Positions 12,049 through 24,784 of a stretch of 64,000 nucleotides of DNA are shown here, piece by piece. Position 1 is the first letter of the stretch, and each line of letters starts with the position of its first letter. The notes under the pieces are model-generated. The model was not told where the DNA came from. It saw only the letters and a program-made list of their open reading frames with translations, and made no database searches. The stretch lies in NCBI RefSeq assembly GCF_032062105.1, contig NW_026925128.1:1-64000 (forward strand), in the 5' to 3' direction. The position numbers and the translations under genes are program-made. The stretch comes from Saccostrea cucullata. Its lineage: Eukaryota.

Positions 12049-13916
12049 TAACTTGGGTAATGCAGTTCTTTAGCAGATTTCCCCTCTTGCTATACCTATC
12101 GTGCCCTTCCTACCCCCCTCTCCTTACATGATTTTAATACTTTAGAATCTACACTACCCAAGGATGTTTCCACATAAGGTTCAGCTTTCCTGGACCAGTG
12201 GTTCTTGAAAAGAAGATTTTTAAAGATTTGTTCCATACATTTCTATGTAAAACTTGCATTCCCTATTGCAGCGATGCCCAACCCCGGGGGTCATGATATT
12301 ATCAATTTAATATCTACACTACCCAAGGATACTTCCACATAAGTTTCAGCTTTCCTGGCCCAGTGGTTCTTGAGCAGAAGATTTTTAAAGATTTGTTCTA
12401 TATATTTCTATTTAAAATTTGGATTCCCTATTGTGGCCCTGCCCTACCCCCGGGGGTCATGATTTTAACAATTTAATTTCTACACTACCCAAGGATGCTT
12501 CCACATAAGTTTCAGCTTTCCTGGCCCAGTGGTTCTTGAGCAGAAGATTTTTAAAGATTTGTTCTATATATTTCTATTTAAAATTTGGATTCCCTATTGT
12601 GGCCCTGTCCAACCCCTGGGGGTCATGATTTTAACAATTTAATTTCTACACTACCCAAGGAAGTTTCAGCTTTCCTGGCCCAGTGGTTCTTGAGAAGAAG
12701 ATTTTTAAAGATTTGTTCTATACATTTCTATGTAAAACTTGCATTCCCTATTGTGGCCCCGCCCTACCCCCGCGGGTCATGATTTTTACAATCTAGAATC
12801 TACACTTTCCCAAGATGCTTCCACATATGTTTCAGCTTTCCTGGCCCAGTGGTTCTTGAGAAGAAGAGTTTTAAAGATTTGTTCTATATTTTTCTATGTA
12901 AAATTTGCATTCCGTATTGTGGCCCCGCCCTACCCCCGGGGGTCATGATTTTAACAATTTAATTTCTACACTACCCAAGGATGCTTCCACATAAGTTTCA
13001 GCTTTCCTGGCCCAGTGGTTCTTGAGAAGAAGATTTTTAAAGATTTGTTCTATACATTTCTATGTAAAACTTGCATTCCCTATTGTGGCCCCGCCCTTCC
13101 CCCAGGGGTCATGATTTTAATAATTTAATATCTACACTACCCAAACATGCTTCCACATATGTTTCAGCTTTCCTGGCCCAGTGGTTCTTGAGAAGAAGAG
13201 TTTTAAAGATTTGTTCTATATATTTCTATGTAAAATTTGCACGTATTGTGGCCCCGCCCTACCCCCGGGGGTCATGATTTTTACAATTTAACATCTACAC
13301 TACACAAGGATGCTACCACATAAGTTTCAGCTTTCCTGGCCCAGTGGTTCTTGAGAAGAAGATTTTTAAAGATTTGTTCTATACATTTCTATGTAAAACT
13401 TGCATTCCCTATTGTGGCCCCGCCCTTCCCCCAGGGGTCATGATTTTAATAATTTAATATCTACACTACCCAAACATGCTTCCACATATGTTTCAGCTTT
13501 CCTGGCCCAGTGGTTCTTAAGAAGAAGAGTTTTAAAGATTTGTTCTATATATTTCTATGTAAAATTTGCATTCCGTATTGTGGCCCCGCCCTACCCCCGG
13601 GGGTCATGATTTTTACAATTTAACATCTACACTACCCAAGGATGCTTCCACATAAGTTTCAGCTTTCCTGGCCCAGTGGTTCTTGAGAAGAAGATTTTTT
13701 AATTACCCAACCCTATATTTTTCTTTTCTTGATTATCTCCCCTTGGAAAGGGACATTAGCCCTGCATTTTAACAATTTAAACTCCCCCTTACCCAAGGAT
13801 ACTTTGTACCAAGTTTGGTTAAATTTGGTCCATTGGTTCTTGAGAAGAAGTCTAAAATGTGAAAAGTTTACACTGTAACAGACGGACGGACGGACAGACG
13901 GACGACGGACAAAATG

Positions 13917-13958
<42 letters not shown>
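12016..13958 (-). mobile_element. HINE-like element with ~10 homogeneous ~166-bp monomers
   Basis: subTIR GCTCACCTGAG, 3' hairpin GGCCCATGGGCC, (ACGG)n microsatellite, A/T-run flanks with no TSD. Confidence 0.9.
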
Positions 13959-13962
<4 letters not shown>

Positions 13963-14317
13963 GATAGGTTGGCAATACATTCATAACAGCATTCATTATT
14001 TTAGACTCTCTCTTTCCTTTCAATGATATGAAGAAACAAAATGATGAAAAAAGTTTCAAAAACAAAATACTCAGCAGATCATACACAGCAATTAATTAAG
14101 AGTGTCTGCATTCGATATCTGCCAAAAAAATTCTCAAAATAAGAAATCTGCCAATGCAAATACTGTAGTATGATAAATAATATTGCACATAAATGATATT
14201 CAACCACAAGTATTATTCATACATCCCAAGACAACTATAAATTAATGCTTGTTTGCCCTTTTCTGACTTAGTCGAGAGAGGGCAATAATACATTTTTTAA
14301 GGTGACCCCATATTCTA

Positions 14318-16183
14318 TCACACTTCCTCTAGGTATTCAGCTGGTACCCATCCCTCCCTCCCATCAACCCTGGCATACCACCAGTCATCCTCAGATGAAT
14401 CAAGCACTTCTACCACCCAGCCCTCCTTAAATCCAAGTTCTGTGTCACTCTCTGGAATAAATTCTGCACAAGTTTTGTATTTGACTGAAGAGACAGAGTT
14501 ACTTCCCTCTTCAGGGGAGGTAAATCCAGAATCACAAATAGGGGAAGGGGATCTCGGTGCACACCCACAAGGCTCAATGTAAGTGGCTGGGGCCCATCCC
14601 TCACTGGTTCCCACCCTCACCAACCACCAACCCTCAGTTTTTCTCAACACTTCTAACTCCACTCCTTCTTCAAATGAAATTTCCCCATTTCCATCTGCTT
14701 GATATTTTGCAATAGTTTTATAGGATTGCGATGACGCAGATGATTTTGAGGATATTTTACCTTGCTCAGAGTCTTCTAATTTTGCACCATATATTTTTTT
14801 AACAATTGGGGATTTCTTCGGTATTGCGGGTTTACAGTCAGTATTTGTGTCTTCTTTTCCAAGATTAGAAGATAACTTTGAAGCCAGATCCTTTGCAAAA
14901 CCGCATTTCACAAGAGACTGAGGGGAACCCCCCACATTTTTATTGTCCTTCACTTCATTTTTAGGTAGCACTGGCTTTTTAGGTTTTGCAAGAACAGGTG
15001 GTTTTGACTTGGGCTTGCATGATTCTTTTTTCCAACCTGGCTGAACGTTCTTGTCAGTTTTGTTTGCTTTTGTCACAGCTGTTTTAGAATCCTCTTTGCC
15101 CCCTGTCTTATTCAATTCTATTTTAGGTGGGAGAATTGGTGTCCTGTTCTCACTGATGGTTTTTTCTGGAACTACAGGCTTTGATGGAAAGGATTTCTTT
15201 GGTTTTTCTACAGCACTATAGTGTTGAGATGTTATTACTTCAACATTTGATTGTCTCCTTAGCCTTGCTTGTAAAGCATTTGCTAATTCTGAACTTTCCT
15301 CCTGCATGCTCAGTCTTTTATGGGCTGCCTCATTCTTTGCTGGTTTCAGATGAACAGCAGGTTTATCAAATTTAGGGGGTACTCCTGGCTTTTCTGGTTT
15401 TGGAACTGTTTTGTTTGAAAAATCAGGATTTGATCTTGCTTGACTAAGAGGCAGCTGGGAAACCTGTACACCAGTCTTTTTGGGGAATGTATTAAAAATT
15501 GAACTATCTGTATTGTCATTTTCATCAGTTGTGGTTTTCCGAGATTCAAATTTTGCCTTCAGTATTTCAGCTAAATTATTCCCACCATCGCTATGGATTC
15601 TCTCCCTTGGCACTTGTGGCGGCACTGAGAGTTTAGGAGAGTTCTGTCCTACACTGTCCGGTCTCATGGGTAATTTTGGTGGTAGAACTGGTTTCTTGTC
15701 AGAATCTGAACTTGAGCTAGATGACTTTGCTTCTAAATCAGGTTTTGACACCTCCTCTGATATCCTTGTATCTAATTTATTCTTTAAAGCGGCAGCCAGA
15801 GAGGAGCGGTCTATGGGGGGAGGCTTTGGACTGCTGTCCCTATTTGCTACAAATCCAACAGGTGGTGGAGGGGGTCTGGAAGTTGGCCGTTTTATGGCAT
15901 TGGCATTCCTCTTGACCCTCAACTCAGCCTGACTAGTCGGCCGGACAGATTCAGGCTTCTCCTTCACCAGATCTGGTGGTTTGGGTATATCAGGCTGTTT
16001 AGAAAACACAAATTTAGGTTTTTCTCCCTCCTCATTATTATTATTGACTGGGACTTCATATTTAACCTCTTCGTATTCATTGTTGCGAATCGAGGTGTCT
16101 GGATGCTCATAATCTTCTTCATCACTATCAATAGCTACTTCAGAATAGTTTTCATCGTAACGTACATCATTAGGTATGTTATC
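14318..16183 (-). CDS. SH3PXD2A: Tks5-like large terminal exon: Tyr/acidic cluster, Pro/Lys-rich region, SH3-4 and SH3-5
   Basis: Acceptor CTCAG at 16184; 1866 nt open to the stop; in frame with the 563-aa ORF in the track. Confidence 0.93.
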   Translation of the reverse strand, partial: DNIPNDVRYDENYSEVAIDSDEEDYEHPDTSIRNNEYEEVKYEVPVNNNNEEGEKPKFVFSKQPDIPKPPDLVKEKPESVRPTSQAELRVKRNANAIKRPTSRPPPPPVGFVANRDSSPKPPPIDRSSLAAALKNKLDTRISEEVSKPDLEAKSSSSSSDSDKKPVLPPKLPMRPDSVGQNSPKLSVPPQVPRERIHSDGGNNLAEILKAKFESRKTTTDENDNTDSSIFNTFPKKTGVQVSQLPLSQARSNPDFSNKTVPKPEKPGVPPKFDKPAVHLKPAKNEAAHKRLSMQEESSELANALQARLRRQSNVEVITSQHYSAVEKPKKSFPSKPVVPEKTISENRTPILPPKIELNKTGGKEDSKTAVTKANKTDKNVQPGWKKESCKPKSKPPVLAKPKKPVLPKNEVKDNKNVGGSPQSLVKCGFAKDLASKLSSNLGKEDTNTDCKPAIPKKSPIVKKIYGAKLEDSEQGKISSKSSASSQSYKTIAKYQADGNGEISFEEGVELEVLRKTEGWWLVRVGTSEGWAPATYIEPCGCAPRSPSPICDSGFTSPEEGSNSVSSVKYKTCAEFIPESDTELGFKEGWVVEVLDSSEDDWWYARVDGREGWVPAEYLEEV

Positions 16184-19100
16184 CTGAGAAATGAAGAAAG
16201 ATAGTGGATAGGAGAAAGATTATATATATATATTCATCTTCAGACAGATTTTCTTGTTTGTACAGATTTTTATCTTTCTTACAAATTTTTTTTTGGTGAT
16301 ACTGTTCATGTACTCTTTATTAGATTAATTATGATTTTGAAAGACTTGATGAATAAAATGCATTTTTTTCATTTCACAGAAAATCTGTCTGATATTCATG
16401 CAATACAAAATTTTAAAATGTATAAAGATTGAAAGTTACATTAGAAAATTATTGCTTTATATAAAAAAGAGAGAGATATTACAATGGTATTTTTATACAT
16501 ATAAATATTATCAAGATTTTTCTTAATCATATATTCAAAATGCTTTGTTAAATATCAAAGAACCTTTACTATAGAAGAAGCATGCCAGTAAATGTTTAAA
16601 TATTAATTTTGATGTTTGCCAAAAGAATTTAAGAAATTAAATATTTTCCATTTAAATTTTAGAAAAACTATTTTGGATATGATTAACAATGGAGAAAGTC
16701 TGCACTACAAAGAGTTATCTTATTTTATAATTACACATAATATATCTAACTTTAATCATACAAGCTACTGACAATAAATTATGAAGATGCAGACTTTCCT
16801 ACGGTCACTTTCAGAGATATCCCGCTTTTGGTGTTTTTTAATCTGTATATATACCTCCTGTATATCTGCCATCTCCTTGCCCTCTATGTAAGTAGAGGGG
16901 GCCCAGCCCTCATTACCTCCTATCTTCACAAACCACCAACCATCAGCTGTCTTCTGCTTCACCTACAGAAAACAAATCTTTTGTGAAATTAAGTTTTTCT
17001 CTTTTGTTTTTAGGAAGTCAACAAATCTGCACAAAAACATTTGACTTTCAAACTGGAAAGCTTAAGATCTTACCTCAACATTTTCACCTTTCGAGAAGCT
17101 GATACCATCTCCAACTGTGTCAGTAAAGTCAGCAATAGTTACATACTGAGTTTTCTTCTGTTTAGGAGGTTTTATATCTATTTTAATCTGAAAAAAAAAA
17201 AATTAAAAACAATATACACATGCACTTTTCCAAGAATTTTATCTTTCTTGGAGTTACTTCCCTTATCATAATATTTTCATTTCCTTACATTTTTGATAGA
17301 GCTCTGTCTGGGAGGGGGCCTGATGGATCCTCCTCTCTCTAGGGACAGGGACTTTTTAGACAGGTAGGGTTTAGTGGGGCGGGGCGGGGGGTCTGGTTCG
17401 TCATCCCACGAGTCATCCCCTTCGTCCTGCATTAGATCACTGATGTCCTGTAGTCCCCCCACTATCTGGACTCCTGAGGCGCGTGCGACTCTCTCCATGT
17501 GAGCTTTCTCAGCCTTCATCATGTATGTCGCAGGTGCCCATCCCTCTTTTCCATTTTTTCTATAAATATGAATTTTTATCATTTTATTATCCTTTTTTAA
17601 CAATGCAAAACCTTTTCCATCAGGGAGTGTACACTTCAAAAACATATAATCATCAACATTTTATGTCTTTGTAAAATAAGATCACTAGCAAGGACATACT
17701 GGTTAAGGGATATTATTTTTGAAACAATTTCATCTTTTTACTTATTAACAATGACTGTAATATAATTTTGATTGAATTGATGTGATTTTTTCACCCATGA
17801 TTCTTCAAGTTCCTTTAAAAACCAAACAGCCAGAAAAAATGATATTTCGTACCAATGATGGACTCATAACACTGTAATGTGGAACAATGTAAACTCCACC
17901 GATTTACAGCTAAAACTCACCGGATCCACCACCAGCCATCCAGATTTTTCTCCACTACCTCCACCACTGCCCCCTTCTCCAGGGGCAGCTCGTCGGAATT
18001 AGCGGGGTAGTAATCATCGGTGCAAATGAACTGTTCCTCTAAGGGAGAGAATTCATCACAAAATCGTTAGCAACACTTCCTTAGTCGTACTATTATGTAT
18101 CAGTTTACATGTATTTCTTAAAGGAAAATGGATATCAAATTCCTATACTTTTGTGTGGTGATTCATATATGTGTGATTGTATAAAATCAATAAAGGAACT
18201 TTTAACTTTGATAATACTGATTGTAAAAAAAATTCATATATGTGTGATTGTATAAAATCAATAAAGGAACTTTTAACTTTGATAATACTGATTGTAAAAA
18301 AATTACATTTAAAGGTAAAAACAAAATATTTTTTTAATGTTGCAGAAAAAATAAACATATTAAACCATACTGATGTTTTTCAATTTAAATTGTACTAAAA
18401 GAGTTCACAATTATACAACATACAAAATCTACCATTTTGGTGGTATAGAGGGATATATAATTTTTTATCCACTGGAATACAAAATTAAACTGATGCAAGC
18501 TGGCTGTAAAAATAATCAATGAATAGCTCTCATTTCAATTTGAATCTTAATTCTATTTTGACAACAAAATTAATCATATCTTTTATTTGTGTATCAATAC
18601 ACCTTTATATGAGTGTGCATGGTCCTAATTGATAGACCTTTCACATGCCTAAATTATGTAACTCTGAATCAAAACGTAGTCAAGAAACAAAATCTATACA
18701 CATGTATTTCAGAATTATGTTTTGATAACCAAATATTGACCCACTTACAATCATTAATAAAATGTCTCTAATTTAGAAATACAGTTTAAGTTTCTTGTAC
18801 ATTGTAAATACATAACAATAAAAATTTTCCAAAAAAATGTATGGTTAATAGGTATTGTAAGTTCATATTTCATGCAGTTAATGTATCAATGACCCACACT
18901 TAGCTAGGAACAAAGGGGACTAAATTATGAGAACAGGAGCAATATTATCAATGTCCAGTCACCTTCCCCGGGCCTCGCCCGTTCACTCAGTTCCTCTTTG
19001 GTACCGTCCGCCCGTTTTAGATAAGTACTGGGCACCCATCCTTGTTGGTCCTGAACGTGGACAAACCACCAGCCTGAAAATTCACCACAACCAGAACACT

Positions 19101-22100
19101 ACAGAGCTTGCTGACAAAAAGTTTTACAATACATGTATATAACATGTACAACCCCCCACGGTATATAGCAAAACAGATTGACATATGTCAACATAAAGAA
19201 ACTGATTCTCTAGAGTGAATTCAGAAAGGTCATGTAGTTCTTTTTTATGTAATTATCTCCTTGTCAGCAAACTACCATAGATGTGAAATAAACCATGACA
19301 CCAGAACAGTTTTTTAAAATAATTTTTTTACCATAATTATGACTTTCTCCGTCTGAGTCATTCTGATAAAAGAAGACACCTCTTATGTCTGTATGGGTGT
19401 CATTCTCATACAAAACGACAGACTGTCTATCAAATACACTGTCAATGTCTGCTTCTGATTCATTGGTTACTATCATGTTCAAAGGAAAGAAAATTACAAA
19501 AAATGAATTTTAAAGATACAAAAAATCATGCACACTTTATTTTCCAAGAAAGATTTATGATAGGAACAACCTCATTCTCATATTCAGACAAATATGTAGT
19601 AATTATATAAACCCCCAAAAATAATTACAGAAAAACTATAAGAAACCCAACCCCCAAGCAAAAATTTAAAAGTAAATGAGAAGTGTAACCCTTTAATCAA
19701 ATTGAGAGTTTAGTTTTCATTATGTAAGCTTGCATTGTGGTTTCCTTTCACATGTATGAATTAAATGTCTTCCTTTTTGAATCCTCACATTAATGACATT
19801 AATTTAGTTAGTCTCTATACATCTAAATTATTACAACTGAACCCCTTTACAGTGTTATTTTACACAATGACATGAACATTACAAAACTACTGTAAACCTT
19901 CTAGGTGGAAGGTAAAGGAATGTCCCACAAAAGAGCTTTGGTAGAAAGTATATTAAAGGGATCATAACAACTAGGGGACGCCATCCTTTGTTCCGATGTA
20001 CTGTATATAGATCTATACTGGCAATACCTACCACTTTCCGTTTTCTCTATGACCTCGACCTCCGTGCCAGCTTTCAGATTTAGGTCCCATTTGTCCTCTT
20101 TCGTATAGTCAGCTATGGCCCTGTACTGTTCCCCAAGCCTGGGCTCTGAAATCTTACTTGCTGTGTCAAATGTGGCTTTCTTCTTCCTTCTGCAAATATA
20201 CAGATATGCAAATCAGAGTAAAGCAGAGTGCTGACAAATATTTAATCAGAGACTCTCAGTCTTTTATATAGATTTTTATTAAACATTCACTCACTGATTC
20301 TTTCTCTGCAGACATTAAAAGGTTTTTATCATGTCTCAAAATTTTTTGACATTACATTAAGTTTATATGCTATCAAAATCATCCATCAAAAGTTCTTGGC
20401 TGGATAAAAAGCTATATTACAGTTAAATATAGCATAATAAGCCAAAAAAGGGGGGGGGGGTGTTTATCATCAGGGAATTTCATCAGAAATGGTATATAAT
20501 GTGTTCCAGTATATGGATGCATGAATAAAGCTTTAATTCGTACACAGATATTTGATATTTTCCTTCATACAGAGGTGTGATCCCTTTAAACTGTTGTCCT
20601 CAGATGATAGCAATGTCCTTAATAAACTTAAATTGGTCATTGAATACAACAATCTATTCTTCCTTTATTGTGTTCATACAGTTACATGATTTCCTGTTTC
20701 TCCTACATACATATATACACGGACTACCAATCGTCTTCACTGATGCGGGGTGACTAGAAGTGTATTACGTTGATGTTCCTAATAAAACATTCCTATCCTA
20801 TACATATAAACAACCCTGTCACATGTCAGGCATATCGGGCCTCATGTTAGATTTCACGTCTTACGACATTATGAATGAATATATTCCTGAATGATGCTTA
20901 ATTTCTCTTAATATAGGCACAAAAAAACCTTTATGAATATCATGATATTTATTGTCCAAAGATACATCAGTATTTATAGAATTAAGGACACAGCCTTAAA
21001 ATGAGCAATATTCACCTTGTCACAAAAATTTTACCATAAGACATTGAATTGACTAAAAATCCAATTTTTACTCAAATTTTTGAAGATTTATTTTTAATTT
21101 AATCCAATTTAAACCAACACAAAATAAAGTAACAATAGATTTATAAAATCTCATCATTATCAGATTTTATTTCTGAATTTAATATCAAAGAAGCTAGTAA
21201 TAATTATTTTCTGACTGAATTTCTTCAGCTTACTCTAATAAACCATATCCTGCTTTCCTTGGTCATATACACCTAATGGAATTTAATGGATTACCTAATT
21301 AAGAATTAAAATACCTGCACAAGGTACAAGAATAAGTCCAGATCAACTCCATCAGCATACTAAAAATAGACGGAGTGTCCTCCCCTTCTATAACAGGGGG
21401 GTCTCGACTCACATTGGACATGATAATATAATCTGAGTCCGAATTCTCCGACAAAGCTTCTAGATTATCCAGATTGTCCATTATTCCATTAATCTGCTGT
21501 TTATATAATGAAATGGAGTCTATCCCCTTTTTCACCACGCAAATTGCATCTTATTCATAATCTCCTCTCCAAAGGAATGCATGCAAATAATTCTCTTGTT
21601 CCACCTAACATGAGCATGTTCACCAATTTGTATTCCATGTTCACAATTTATACAGTCCAATTAAAAATGAAAGATTTTTAAAAAAAATTTTTCTGCTACA
21701 AGAGAAATCACAATGAACATCAAGTGTATTAAATCAAAGCACCCCCAGACAGCTCTGATGTTAATTAAGGAAGGAGAAAAACATCCCTGTCTATCCCTGC
21801 CCGGGTGCTTAATGATCTATCTTCCTGGCTGACAGGTAGAACCACCCCGAGGCCCCACCGGCCAATACATTAGCAGAGAATTGTGTACCCTTATGTAACA
21901 GTACACTGTCGTTTCGTGTAAGGTTTAAAGAGTCAGTGTGATAATTGATGTAATAAAGTTATATCATTAAAGGTCGGAAACTGCAAGTCAATTTAAACTT
22001 TACAATTAGATATTCCAAAATAAATACCTTTCAAAAGACACCCCCCCCCCAAAAAAAAAATTAAGACATTTTTGGGGGTTATCAATTTCTTTTACAAATG

Positions 22101-24055
22101 AATATGAAGGTAATAATTTGATTTAAATATCTGCAATAATGGCAAAAATACAATTATTTTATTATATAAAGTGCTTCATAAAACACAAAATTATTTTGAC
22201 TCTCCATCTGAGTACATTTATTTTCAAAATTAACATCTGTATTAAGACTTAAGTGAAGACACCTTTCAGAGGGTAACACAAGTGTTAGATACCGGTATAC
22301 TATTATGATGGTAACAGTAATGTTATAAATGTTTCATAAACCACGGAAACCAACCATAACGTTACTCAAATTTATTTTTGGCTTTACTGACATCCTTATA
22401 ATCTTATTATTCTCAATATCTAACAAGCTGTTACATTACGTTGTAAATATCCACAGGTAATTGTAGCTATATACTGCAGAGTTGTTTGAATGTGTTGTAA
22501 AGTATCAGGTGTAAATACCTGTATAGTTAAACAAATAGAAAGTTTATCTTTGTTTAGTTTCCCACTCCTTTGTACACAAGATCACCAGAAGAGATAATCC
22601 TTATAGTAACACTCAGGTCATTTCTAAATAACCATGAACACCTCCAACTGTTTAAATAAGTTTCCATTTCATTTAATGTATAGTATTGTTTATTAAAGCT
22701 TGATTGTAATAACATTCTACAAAACATTCACAATTGAAAATAAAGAACTAATTTTGTACGCTTCAGACAAAAACTCCACACAATATTATTTCTTTAGCTT
22801 GTTGTTCTGCTTTTCCAAGCTTGTTGCTCTAGACTACAATTCCTAAATTGTTGCTTTATTATTTCTTACCTGGTCATTCTACTATTTTCCAACCTTGTTG
22901 CTCTACAGTTTTCTAGCTTGCTGCTTTACTATTCCTTGCTTGTTGCTTTACTAATTCCAAGTTCAACTTGTAGGATTACTATTTCCTAGCTTGTTGCTCT
23001 AACATTTCATAGCTTCTTGTTTGAATCTACTATTTCCAAGCTTGCTGCTTTACTATATAGCTTGTTGATATACAATTTCCTAGAGAGTTGCTTAACTATT
23101 TCCTAGGCTTGCTGCTCTATCATTTCCTACTTGCTGCCTAGTTGTTCCTTTACTATTTCCTAGCTTGTTGCCCTACTATTTTCCAACTAGTTGATCTAGG
23201 ACCATTTCCTAGCTTGTTGCTCTATTATAATATATCTTGGCTTATTGCTATTCTATTTCCTAGCTAAAATATTGTTCTATTATTTCTGAGTTTGTTGCTT
23301 TACTAATTCACAGCAAGCTTGTTGCATTATTTTCTAGAATAAGCTAATGTTAATTCACTATTCCCTAGAATATAGCTTAACTATTTCTTAGATCTTGACT
23401 ATTTTCTAGTTACCATTTTGCTTACATACTATTTCACAGCTTGCTGCTTGCCTAATAAACTACATCTTAAACATAAAGAAGAAAGCAGAATCCATGTCAT
23501 ATACAAAGAACTTTTATCTATCTATAAATCTCACTAGACAGGCTACTTCTCTTGCTTAAATTTCCTCTGCATCTTTCTTCCTTTCTGAGTATTCTTCTCA
23601 AACTTTATTATTTAACAAGAAAAGGTATGTAAAATTTTGTTTACCAGATAATTTCTGTAAACTTTTTTAAGGTACATAATTTAAGTCACTCAAAATTTAT
23701 CACACTTTTTTTGTTACATGTAACTGATCAATAAATTCATGAGTTTAGTGTTTTGAAGTGAAATAAGCTTCTGTATGCATTTGTTTTAATCATATTTGAT
23801 AGTGTGTACATGATTATCTAAGTGGACAAGAGAAATGCAAAGGTGTTACAATGTAAAATATGTTTACAGTACAAAACATTATTATTTTTGTGTTTTACAA
23901 CTTTAATATTCTCTTTAAATCACACATAGGGAGTTGATTATTTCCTTTATGAGGAGTATAATTCCCACACGAAAAAGAAGGAAACGGCACAATTGAATAT
24001 TTCACATCCATCCTCACAAGCAAATCTTAATTAACATGCAATTACATCAATACTT

Positions 24056-24095
<40 letters not shown>

Positions 24096-24634
24096 GATTT
24101 GACCATTCTGTTCTTTACCAGATTCCCCCTTGTAATACAAATTTTGACCCCACTCTACCCCAATGATCATAATTTAAACAATTTATAAATCTACATATCA
24201 TAGGATGCTTTGATTCAAATGTAATAAAGTGCATTCCCCATTGTGGCCCGACCTACCCAAGGGGTCATGATTAGAACAATTTAGAATCTACACTACCCCA
24301 GGATGCTTCCACATAACTTTCAGCTTTTCTGGCCCAGTGGTTCTTGAGAAGATTTTTAAAGATTTTTCCTATACATTTCTATGTAAAACTTTGATTCCCC
24401 ATTGTGGCCCCGCCCTATCCCCGGGGGTCATGATTTTAACAATTTAGAATATACACTACCCCAGGATGCTTCCACATAACTTTCAGCTTTTCTGACCCTG
24501 TGGTTCTTGAGAAGATTTTTTAATGATCCCACCCTGTTTTTGTCGTTTCTTGATATTTTGTGAAAAAAAAAATATATCATTTTAACAATTTAAATTCCCC
24601 TTCACCCAAGGATGCTTTGTACCACGTTTGGTCA

Positions 24635-24696
<62 letters not shown>

Positions 24697-24737
24697 AGAT
24701 AGACAGCTAGACGGACGGACGGACGACGGACAAAATG

Positions 24738-24784
<47 letters not shown>

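Noticed and set aside
12585-13609. Repeated 65-69 aa ORFs (MHSLLWPRP...)
   Set aside because: Translations of the 166-bp satellite monomers with non-ATG starts; not a gene family.
15181-15932. Plus-strand ORFs (up to 150 aa) overlapping the large exon
   Set aside because: Antisense shadows of the Pro/Lys/Ser-rich coding exon.
22870-22877. ATGACCAG|GTAAGA, another phase-2 ATG micro-exon candidate
   Set aside because: Embedded in a degenerate minisatellite and too short to distinguish from chance.
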